A DNA stretch of 61,999 bases, the filler included, from Basidiobolus ranarum (taxonomy: Eukaryota): assembly GCA_040143965.1 (NCBI GenBank). It is 3 parts of 3 records of this genome, joined end to end, with 100 filler letters (N's around TTAATTAATTAA, not from the genome) between each part and the next. Parts side by side here need not be neighbours in the genome. Positions count along the whole stretch, not along the records: positions 41,453 to 61,999 come from JASJQH010000226.1; 2 more parts are not named here. The stretch is one strand, 5' to 3'. The position numbers and the translations under genes are program-made. Below the pieces are notes generated by a model. That model worked only from the letters and a program-made list of their open reading frames with translations, was not told the DNA's origin and did no database searches. Shown here piece after piece: positions 50,830 to 61,999 of this stretch (the first letter of the stretch is position 1; every line of letters starts with the position of its first letter).

Positions 50830-52808
50830 GGGCTTCAAATTGGGCATGAATACATATCAAGCCCAACTTGAGTAAAATATCGAGAACTCCCAATATTTGC
50901 GTTGCCCTAACCAGACTTTTTCTTTTTGATTCTTTCGTTCATTCCTCTAATGCTTCATTTAAATGTCTCTACCATTCCTGTCTTAATATCCATTAATATC
51001 TTTGATACTCGTTTGCTTTGATGTGATGCTTTTTCTTATATACAACATACATATCATTCTGTTCTGTTCTGTTCCATTTTAGATTAATTCTTTATTCTCA
51101 TGTAAATATAAAGGCACAAAGTGCTTCGTTGAGTGTGAACGAATTCATATGAGAAGGTCTCGATTGCCATTGAATCGTATATAGGTTTATCCAATGTTGA
51201 ATAAAAAATATTTCTTTAACAAGAATTATTTCTGCTACAATTTCAATTTTTTCATTTAAATCCCAGTAATATTATTCCAAGAGAAAGGGTGACTTCGATC
51301 AGCATCAAGGCAAACAGAGTAGAGGATATCTCTTTGGAGTATGGTTTAACTCGAGTGGATTGCACCACTATTTATATTATTAAATCTCAAAATACACTCA
51401 ATTTATCTTGGTAGTGAAGGAAAAGATTTAGTTTATCGACTAAATCCACAGGCCTCAAATTTGTTTTATGTATTATTAACTATATAATAATGTTAAGGTC
51501 TTGTTGGATTACCAACGGTTGGTATTTTCGGTTTTCAAAGACTATGAGGTGGTGTCGCCAACGATGGTGTGGATTACAAGTTCAACTCAAAGCATATTAT
51601 ATAGAATGTAACTGTACCATCTCCATATTACTTAGAAGTGTTCTTGCTGTCTTCAACGATATATTTGAAATTATAGAAGATATATGTTGAACGATTACGA
51701 GAAGTGAATAGGAATAAGCAGAATAAAACCATTACAAATAGAATCCAGTTGTTTCTTTGAAACAATTTCCATCCAATCAGCTGCTGGAAAATGAATATGT
51801 TGCTTAGAAGTATGTATAATCGTATATGATGTTTAATTATAGGCTCAGTGCATATCCTGAGAATCAATGCATGCCTTACAATAGACAATGCTGCTTGAGA
51901 GAATCATTGTAATTTAGATTGAATGAGGAATCAATCAAAATATACTGTAGATTTGTCAAGTTTTGGTGGCAGTATGTTTGATGTTTCGTAACGAGTCATA
52001 GTACGCATGATGGATTTCTTTTACATAATATGCTCAACCGGACTAGGCTTCGATTCTCACAAAAGGAATTCCAAATTTTCGTAGGCCCCCTAGATGCAAT
52101 ATTTGTAGTCCAAATTGTAAGCAGTAAGTCGAACTCTTGTCTTGAGTTATCTTACTTTGATATCACATGCATTACCAACGAAATTATGTGCACTGTTTCT
52201 ACAGCACCTGGGGATACCTCAGTATCAATATGACAATCTTATGATTGATAGTGTTGTTGCAGGATAGCTAAAGGCCAATGATTATTTAAGGCAACAGAAT
52301 AGGTTCTCGCCTATTTTACCTAAGTCGACTTTTGCTTTATAGTTGTAATGTTCAATCGTTATCTTACCTATCGAATCAAGTGGTCTCTTTCTCGCATTTG
52401 CTTGATTTTCCAGGTGATAGATTGGAAATAATGTGTATGTAACATAACCAAGTGACTATCAATAAAACATCTACTTGTCATGACACACCGATAGATGGGC
52501 GATCCAAAACTAAATAATAAAGTATATTGTGATCGAATATATTTTACCAAGAGATACCATATTCATGAAGTAATGGGCTGCAATATGGCAGTATCTCTAA
52601 CCCCTAATATTGATTATTGGTTAATGGTTGTTAGTGGACATTTGGCTATATACATTGAAGCCTGCCTTGCGTGTCTTAAACTAGCTAAGCCATTCACAGA
52701 CTAGCGTATACCTTCAGCATAATTTCTTTATTTCCAACTTATTTCTTTGTGGTAGTTGAAAGCCTTCAGAACCTAAACGTTATCTAACAAGAGTGTAAAG
52801 TTATCAAT

Positions 52809-53730
52809 ATGCCCCCTCGCGAAGATACAGATCAATTTCTAGGAGAGAGGTAAGTAAACATCGTTTAGCTTGCCAAGGTGTTTGGGATCCTAACCTTCTT
52901 TTGAACTAATACTCTCAGTCAGATTCGTGGATTGAGTCGTAGTGAACGACTTCGAAATATGGCCAATCAAATCGTGTATTCTAGTTTCTATACTATTCTT
53001 TATATCATAATGGCAATTCTCTCTCTTATTTCCGTGATATTGGTAAGGTTTATTTGACTACATGGAAAAAAGCTTTCATTAATAACCGATGCCTTTCGTC
53101 TCACCTCTACAGTCCATTGCATACGAGTGGTAAGTTACTTGGTAAACCATCTTATTTGACAATGAATCGGCTGACTCGAGAGAAAATCCCCTATAGCCCA
53201 GGTAGCTTCTTTGTCCTACTAGAGATTATTATCAATGTCGCTATGATTGTGGAAGTCGGAATTCGTATATTGAGCATGGGTCGTGTAAGTTCTATGCCTC
53301 GAATACTAGAAATCTGAAGTCGCAACCATTAAAACTGTATTCAATAGGCCTTTTGGCGTTGGTGGTTGAATGTTTTTGATATAATTATTGTATTTCTTTG
53401 TATTTTGACACTAGGCTTTCTGAGTCATGGTTGCACACCTAATGCAGGGCGTGAAGAGTTAACAGGAACCATTTTTTTGGTGATTCGCAACTCCATACAG
53501 TTCTTTCGGCTTTTCACCGCTCTAAAGAAGTAAGTGATCTCCTCCCATTGACCGCCGGCTAATCCTTCGCTAATGGATGTATCTTTAGGAATAAACGTCA
53601 CTTGAACGCCAGAAGCAATACGATTAATTTCGCAGATGTTCGTAGCTCTTTAGATGAAACCAATCTGGAGTCTATACATACGGAACACCCCGGGTTTATC
53701 CTAGAGGAATCTGACGAAGAGAATATATAG
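52809..53730 (+). CDS. Four-TM Ion_trans voltage-sensor-like domain protein without pore
   Basis: Six exons including a 17-nt microexon: ..ANQIVYSSFYTILYIIMAILSLISVIL|SIAYEC|PGSFFVLLEIIINVAMIVEVGIRILSMGR|AFWRWWLNVFDIIIV..IFLVIRNSIQFFRLFTALKK|NKRHL..EENI*. Confidence 0.78.
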
Positions 53731-56064
53731 AGTTTGATTGAGTTACCCTCCCATTCGTCTATCATCTTATCATGGGAGCTCCAAAGTAAAATCTCTTGAA
53801 GAGGTGTTGTTTACGTTTCGTAGATCCCATTTATGTGTCTATACTTTAGTGTTATAGTCATTGGTTTTAGTGAGCAATATTTTATGTACTAGAATCGCCT
53901 ACCCTTAGTGAAAGGGTCTCACAGTCATTAAATGTTGCATGATACATAAACGATGCACTTGGTTTCTTTTAAGAGCTAAACCCTACACTAAGTACTCCTA
54001 CATGTCCGCTTACAATATACTCTCGACGGCTCTCGCTAGCTCAATATTTTATCTTACGAACAGGTATGACACAAGGCAATATTGTTGATGAGGTATTACG
54101 TGATGCACCATTTGTAGAGCCTTCATTGTTTCCATGGCGTTTAGTATAGATGGATATGTTTGAATCTTTACATTATTTTTAAAAGTAGCAAGTGATCTCC
54201 TGACAACCAATTTAGTGGCTTCTTCACTAATTCCAAAAGGACGTTGCCAGCCTTCTTGAAATCCCTCGATGAACACTCATTTAACTTCCATGAAATTAAC
54301 CATTCAATGGGCTCATTTGTTATCAAATATGAGCCGAATAAAAGTATTAGTTCATTCTAGCTCACTACTAAAGATAGCTCAACATGTCAAACCACTTGAG
54401 GTTAATTGTGTGCGAGATATGAATTGGAAAACCATCCAATCTACCATTGACAACAGCTACCGAGTGCCTGGTAATTGCCCAACCTCTGCTACATTACGTC
54501 GATGTTTGATGCGTGCTCTAGCACTACATTCACTGGTAGAGCAGCTTCACTGAATTTTTTGTTAATCCTTCTGCTTGCATCAATAACTATAATGAATGTA
54601 GAATCAGATTTGACTAACGTTCTAATGACAGGTAGCCACACCACGTGAACCATTATTGGCGCTATGCCACGAAATGTCCTAATTACAGACCTATACCCAT
54701 TCAACTTTCTCGTCTCTTAGCTGAGGACCCGGTATGCATTACTGAATCCACAATCATTATTGGAGCGTAGATATCTTCCGTCATGATATGGTTTCCTGTC
54801 TCCTACAAAAGTATATATACATCCTTTCGGATTGACCATCAAGTGCAATTACAACTTTAATAAGCTTTGGCTGTCATACAACTCATATTTTATTAAATCT
54901 CCCAAAATGGATTGAGATATTACAAAATGCGGCCCAAGCCCTTGGTGCTATTCAAGGAGAAGCTAATAACAATAATGCTCTTCTCAGCATGGGGACTAGA
55001 CATGTGGACATATCTGTAGGGCCTGTCAGAGTGTCAACGTTCAATCCTATCCCCATTGCGTCAGGAGGCCTATTTAGGATTGATAGTTGGCCATTTGTTA
55101 AGGTGGATACCTCCTTGACTGATTCACCAATGCCATATGGAAAGGTCAGGATAATTTTAAATTGGGTTATTCAAGGTGCTTGTGATTCAGGAGTCGCCAG
55201 TCTGTATAGGGATCACATCACAGTACTTTCAAATCCCCAATTATCAACGGAAAGGTCAATAGAAGTCGATAAAGAGCTGTCTACCCCTCACCACAGATAT
55301 TCAGAACAGACAGCCTTAGTGCACGGATAACATTAAAGGTTTCAGTCCAGAAAGGAGTTTAGGCCACAGGGTTTGAGTGCTGCGATATGATGCGGACACT
55401 CTGCATTCCGTATCATCACCCTGAACAATATTATAATAATAGTTATTGTATATGAACATTTAAAGTGTCTACTTGTTTCTATGTTTAGCTCATTCTTGGT
55501 AGACTTTATGATGTACTCAACAAATATAAATACTCTAAATCAAGGTAGATTCTGTGGGGATGGAAGAGACAAAATAGATTGTACTCTACCACAAAGCTTA
55601 AGTTGACTGGCGTAGATCAGGCCCCTATTATAAGGGATTGTTTAGTGATATGCTGGGGCTTCGCGGATTTGGTCACCCGGTGTATGTTGTGGCTGTGTTC
55701 TTCTAATCGGATCATAATGAGTTCAAACATTACTCCTACTAGTTTACACTCCACCTGTAAATAATTTACGTTACATATCCAATGTGAAGTCGTTGAAACC
55801 TTGAGGAGCCATCGGGTTTGGTTTCGAGGAGAATTTCATCTTTCATCATTGTATATTTCGCCCGTATACCCCAAGCTCAAGGTGCATATTGGCCTAGTAT
55901 GAGAAGTATTTAAGTTGGTGTGGGATCCTCACTCTCTGATCGTCACTCTGCTCATATTTTGTTCTCTTTGGCGCCAGAAGCGTCATATACTCTTCCTCAA
56001 TCGTGTTGATCTTACGTAGACCCGTTTAATATAGCTTGGGTAGCCTCTTTAACTATATTTGAAT

Positions 56065-56421
56065 ATGAGCGAGGATAATCAACAGAATATGAAAAAGCCT
56101 TCGTTTTTGAAAAAGCTTTTGCAAGTCGCTCGGTCCCCTACTCTGTCACGCTCTAAGCACGCTCATGCACCTGAACTAATACTCAAAGTTATTCCAGTCC
56201 CATCTACGCTTACCCGCTCGATGAGTGCCAGCTGTGTTGTAGGTTCTTTATCGTCACCCACCAACCCACACATTAACCAGCGCTCTCTAACCAGCCCATC
56301 AGCCGCACTTCTTTCAATAGACGACTTCTTGGAACATGACAATTCAGTGTATACCATTCGAATGTCTCTTACTCCAGCCTTGATCCGAGAACATGAAGTT
56401 CGGAATATTCTTTCGCACTAA
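56065..56421 (+). CDS. Small Ser-rich hypothetical protein
   Basis: 118-aa ATG ORF in otherwise non-coding DNA. No family recognised. Confidence 0.45.
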   Translation: MSEDNQQNMKKPSFLKKLLQVARSPTLSRSKHAHAPELILKVIPVPSTLTRSMSASCVVGSLSSPTNPHINQRSLTSPSAALLSIDDFLEHDNSVYTIRMSLTPALIREHEVRNILSH

Positions 56422-57718
56422 TATAGATGTTTATATATATATTCTCACCCGAAAAACTAGATCTAGATCGGTGTATTCTAGCTCACCTTTGCTACCACTA
56501 GGTGGTCTATTAATGATATAGAATACTTGGAAGGGCGATTGACAAATAGAGCCTTTCACTAATTACTACACCACAAGCCAGGCCTAACAAATCAGTAGAT
56601 TATAGAGATTTGATTCGGTCGTACAGGATGCTCACTTTATTGCTTAAATACTTTCCTACTATCTTTCTTAGAACAACTTTAATGTAATACTTGCGCGTTA
56701 TTTTAGAATTAGACTTCCAATCTCTTGCACGGAATACAACCCTTCCCGACTTTTATGTGCGTAATAGCTGGCCAAGACGAGTAAAGAATCACAAGAGAAA
56801 CATAATCGATATGTCCACTGCATGCAATCATGTGATTTATCCACTGGAGTAATACATGGGCAACCGCTTTGAAGCCATTTACGAAACGAGCTGAATGCTG
56901 AGGTTTTGCCAATTAAGCAATCGTTTGATTGCCACATATGCAATCACATAGGACGATCATAATACTGGGGCTTATCAATCTAATTTGAGCCTTGTGAATT
57001 CAAGAACCCAATAGTCATTCATTCATACCTAGCGAAACCTTAATTGTTACATGCACGCTTATGGAGTTTGTCATTAAACATTGAGTGCTGATAATTGCAA
57101 TATATGTCTGTGATCGACTGTACAGGATATCAACAAAGGACATCAGGATGATTGGTCCGACGGGTCAGTGCTAGCCAATGATCGCATCCGGGCTGTTTCT
57201 TTGTTAGATGTAAACAAATCAATCTCACTAATTTTCTAGCACCGAAATGTGCACTAGATAAGATGGGGAGCAAATGATTCTTCGCTTCATGAATATCCGG
57301 TAGTTTGATCGTGGCGGAAATAAGAATGATGCTTTTTTAAACACTACTTGGCGTACAGTGGTTTATGCATCAATAAAGATGCACTGTTTACCAATCATTT
57401 CGCTAGGGGTTTTTGCGCACCTAGATTCATCCATATAAGTCTTGGTCTGGTAAGCTACATTGAATGTCCTATTGGTTGACAAACCTTTGAATGCCACAAC
57501 ATTTTTTAATATTACACAAAAACGTTCGAGTGAAAGTGTTACAACTCTCTTCGCTCGTTGTATCATGAAACGTCATTTTGGATTGGAGTATCTCACCGAA
57601 TAAATACTCGAAAACCCACCACTGTCCCCTAGAGTCTTTCCCGACCTTAGCCTTTCGCACCATTGCCACTTTGAAATCCCACATCAACATCAACAAGCTC
57701 CCATCCATCACTGCAAAC

Positions 57719-58616
57719 ATGAACCCACCAGTAAGTCTAATTACGTTTAATATGAAACTGACCCTTTTTGTCTCGATAGTTTTGTTTATAGCCACCGGTG
57801 GTGTTTTAGGAGGGTTCGGATATTATTTCTTCATCACACCTTTCAAACGCAGGGCAATAGTGATCTCCACTGAAATGATTTTTGGTGATATATTACGATA
57901 TTGGTCAATTTAAGTCGTTTCACCTTTACTAACCTTATAATTCTTCAACTTTTAGCCAGTTTAGCATTAGGAGGATTTATAGTTCTAACTAGTTTAATAG
58001 GATTACTTGGATTCTTGAGTCCGCTTAGGCGCAAAGGAGTGCTCACCTGTTTCATCTGGCTGATCGCCATTGTTTTTCTTGCTCAAGTGGGACTTGGTGG
58101 TTTGGTTTGGTTCAACTCCCTGACCATTCGCGGAAGTTACTCGGATAAATGGAGGGAGTGGGACCCAAGCCTCCGTGCAGTTTTCCAAGAAACGGTTAGT
58201 GCCGAGTATAAGTGATTTAAGATAACCCCATTGGAAATTTTTTAACACCCAACCCACGAAACCTCCTAAAATTTCAGGATCAATGTTGTGGTTATTACCA
58301 AGAAACGGATTTCCCGGCCATTTCACCACTTTGTCAAGTACAACCTACCAATTTACCCGGTTGCGTGGATGCTATTCATATTTTCACCGAAAATTATCTA
58401 CAAAGAATCTATACCCTCTTATTTTCTTTTACTGCTATCGATGTTATGGCCATTTTGGCCACTTTGGTGGTGATTCAAGCGAGTAGAGATCAAAAACGTT
58501 CCGAAGTTTCGAAAAGATATTCTCAAATCTCCGAACTTACCGAAATCTCTCGATTAAATCTAGTGTATATAAGAAATTTACAAGAGGAGTTTCGATCCAT
58601 TCAATATGCATCATGA
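57719..58616 (+). CDS. Tetraspanin
   Basis: Exons 57719-57884, 57956-58194, 58278-58616. Four TM helices; large loop with DQCCGY and two further Cys (PLC, PGC). Start codon uncertain. Confidence 0.85.
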
Positions 58617-61600
58617 ATTGATGTAGAATCTCCCCTTCTGTACATAGCATGTATATATATATATATAAACATATAGAGAGATCCATGTAAAATGATTCCA
58701 TTCAAAATGTACATGAATTCATATTCACTAGCCCAAGGGCCGAAAATCTCACTGTAGTCTTTTATTAGTGAATGGTCGGTGTTGAAAACAAACCCAGTGT
58801 CGAGTCAGAAATAAATAGAGGTAAAAACGACTGAATTAGCAAAATAGTAACAAACTTTATCAGTCAAATCTAGTTTGATTGGTGTAGATCACGTGATTTA
58901 TTGAAGGTCTTCTGCCGCAAACTATCAAGTTGTATTTCTACAATTCACTTTCAACTAAAATATAAGTGTGTTAAGGAAGGTCATATGCAAGTTGTCTTTT
59001 GTACTTTAATCAAGTAAGTAAAACAACATGTAAAATATGTTCAGGAAGGCTCTGGAGACATTTATGCAAAGTTTGGCGTCTTTTGAACATGTTTGAGAAA
59101 AACATATCATCAGAGAACTTCTAAGTTTGTCTCAATATTAAGCGTAAATTCTTCATGAAGATATTGAATAATAGCATAGTAAAATTTAGCTAGCTATATG
59201 ACTATATAGATACTTAAGCTATGTCATTCTCAACAGTTATTATTGTGTGACACTGCCAGCCTGGATAAATTATCCAAACAGCCTCTAAAGTTTTGCTGAA
59301 ATATCTGAGTTAAGCATCAACAATGCTCTTAAACTATGTTTATCCTATTCATGGATTTTGACTAAATATTGTTGAAGGGAAAAGTTTCAAAAATTTGAGA
59401 AGTAGACATTACAGAGAGTGCAAGCTTAGGGCCCATAACCTGTCAAAGTGTTTTGGGGGTTTGTTGGAAGTGGCACGGAGAACTGGAAAGAAATGATGGC
59501 TTTCACTTATTGATCTATTGAGCGGAAAGTTGACATTTATAGTTTTGTCACAGGGTAAACAAGCAAACAGGTAGAATATGTTAAGTGAGGTCTCAGCAAC
59601 ATGTATACAAGGTTGGAGGCCTCTAGGACAAGTTTTCAAAATCTATATATCTTTAAGCTTTTAAGTCAACTACTTTATGAAATATTTGTTGAAATACACA
59701 TAGCCTTCACATCTACATAGCTTAGTATTTAGTTATACCATATTTCACCAAGTCCATATCATTATTTTTACTTCAGAAATGTTGAGAAAAAGCTTAAGAA
59801 ATTGAGGGGGGAACTTGAAAAACTTTTTATTAGTCTCCCAGGAACATATCTGTGTTGTTATCTTTCTAACATTAGTATAAATCCATATTTTCAGTTTGGA
59901 AACAACATAGCAACACTTTCTGTTAATCTCAAACGCTTGCAACCAGTTTGGCATTTAAATCATACTCATAAAAATATCTCAATAGCCTATAAGTGAGATG
60001 ATACTCCAAGTGATGCTTGATGTAAAAGACTACCATCCCAGTGCTGATGACATATATCTATATGTATGCCTACATTTAGGCCACAGACTTGGTGTGCATT
60101 GGTACTAAAACCATTCTTATCGACTTAGCTCTATTGTAGTAATAGTACCCCAGAATCTATAGGCACAAATGGCATTCAGAAAGTACATATATGATTTAAT
60201 AATAATAGTGGACAATTGACATTCATGGATTGAGTGATTCGTCAAGCTGTGAATTCATTTTTCCTCTCGTGAGTCTTCAATGGACATCATCCAATAGTAA
60301 GTTCATATTGGATGCACGAGCTCCATGGAAAATAAGGGGATATCATGTATTGAGTATTGGAAGTGAGAATGAGTATTCGTCATTGCTTCTTTGAGACCGC
60401 ACTTTAAATAAGGAAACAAATGGTAATACTATAATTCTGGAGTAGAACCGGAATTATTGTTGCTTACTCCCTTGCTACCACGCTTTCGGCAAGATTTATC
60501 CAATCCTTCATAATGTTTTTTAATAGTATTATAATATATGAGTTCGAACAAGTGTGAATACGTATAAGCATGTCATATGACTATGGTATCACTGTTATGC
60601 ATTGTTGATTTATGTAATTTACAATGAAGGCGTATTCAATGGGGCTAAACATAAGATTGTGCTATTATTGACTACTCGTCTTAAGCTAAAAGAGGGAAAT
60701 GGGATTTATTGTACTTAATACTGGCCATCATCTATATATAGATAACCTTAGATAACCTTGGTCCATTTCATCAGAAAAATTGAATAAATAGCTAATCACT
60801 TGTGGATCGATTCTCAATCGAGAATGCCATATACTAGTGTGGTCTTTCGCTATTTTAGTAGAACATATGACAAATTACCTTCTTTGTGTTGCCAATTTGG
60901 ATATCATATAGCTTTGTGACTATCACTACTGTATTTACTGTAGCTGACGATGAAACCGAATCGTAATTGCAGATATCCGTGTCTCTCAAATTCAGATTGT
61001 ATGGATCGCAAACGAGACTTTCCATTCAATAAACGTCAATAATAATGTGCGCCATAAACCAAAATATCAATCATTGTACAAATCACCTAGTTAATGCATA
61101 TAATATGCTAAGCAAAAGTGATCTATATGGATATTACCATAACACAGATGCACCTGACCTATTCAATGTCTTCAAACTAACGTAGAACAAAAGGCAGTAG
61201 TCTATCGCCAAGTAACTCACTGTGCAACAGTCATACAGTTGATTCGTTATAACTCACTTTTGAAGCCCTGTCGTAACAGGTTTAATGAATTGCTATTAAA
61301 CATTTCATCTCACCTTCATAATCACATGACGTGGATAATGCAACCGGATTGGTGTGGTCTAAATTTTGACATTGCATCGACACATCTAGGAAGAATCATA
61401 ACAAAGAAGTACCATATCGGGTTGAACAAAATGCCCACTATGTGGAGATTTAACATCACTTTCAGAGCACGTTTAATTGCACCAAAGCCCATCACGAAGC
61501 GACCACCATCGGTACCTGGATGACATTTAATATCAGATATTTCCGGTGCCTAGTGATATGCACAGCCATATAGAGCAGCATTCTTCGTATTTGTAGTCCA

Positions 61601-61909
61601 TTCAAAGTTCGTATCCTCAAAGCCAACTGCGCAGCACATTCTCTGCTACAAAAGACTCCAAGCCGAAGATATGCATTGGAGCTTGTAAGCCTGCTTTGGA
61701 GGAAGCCACCGAACAAATTAATCGTGGTATACTTACTCATGCACGGAAAGAGTGTTGCCTATATATAATGCAATACCCCATAGTTGTCCTGACGTGTGAT
61801 AAACGGCCAGACACGGTACCAACAGGTGTTCGTTGTTTTGTGCATCTACGTAGCTCACTGTGTTGATGCCACACTGTCATATTAATGAGACAATATGACC
61901 TAGGAATAC

Positions 61910-61999
61910 GTTGGATTAGAATCTGCTATACTTTACTGGCATTTTGTCGACGTAGTTTGGCTATTCTTATTCATCAGTATATATTGGTGGGGTAGCTAG
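61910..61999 (+). pseudogene. COX3: Mitochondrial cox3 3'-end fragment (NUMT or chimeric contig end)
   Basis: [29 protein letters not shown] is the conserved Cox3 C-terminus; upstream sequence is unrelated to cox3. Confidence 0.9.

Noticed and set aside
54230-54280. Minus-strand VHR..KAGNVLL kinase-like fragment
   Set aside because: It needs a frameshift, and no DFG or other kinase motifs follow.

Overview
Eukaryotic, AT-rich, intron-rich nuclear DNA. The gene set points to an early-diverging fungus (Zoopagomycota/Mucoromycota-like; this is inference). The window is not one locus: three ~20.6 kb contigs (1-20657, 20758-41352, 41453-61999) are joined by artificial N44-TTAATTAATTAA-N44 spacers. 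Contig 1 holds an oligopeptidase B/PREPL-like 3' end, PTS, a single-chain 3911-aa type I fatty acid synthase and a SulP/SLC26 transporter. Contig 2 holds NDUFB4, a spliced glutaredoxin-fold gene absent from the ORF track, a large PPR protein, an HSF-type factor, WS/DGAT, INTS11, an ankyrin protein, small secreted proteins, MTFP1, HAP2/NF-YA and a zuotin 3' end. Contig 3 holds the MSH1 3' part, a TA-flanked MITE, EAF3, DUF1349, ERF4/GOLGA7, a voltage-sensor-like protein, a tetraspanin and a cox3 NUMT. The most notable signals are a consensus U12-type minor intron in ERF4, an apparent GA-AG intron in MSH1, a standalone MDH1B-N-terminus-like monothiol glutaredoxin, SRE-like/CCAAT motifs upstream of FAS, and recurrent intergenic TTAGGG dimers. 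I found no convincing new multi-gene system. Gene models were built by eye and family calls are from motif recognition, not database searches.
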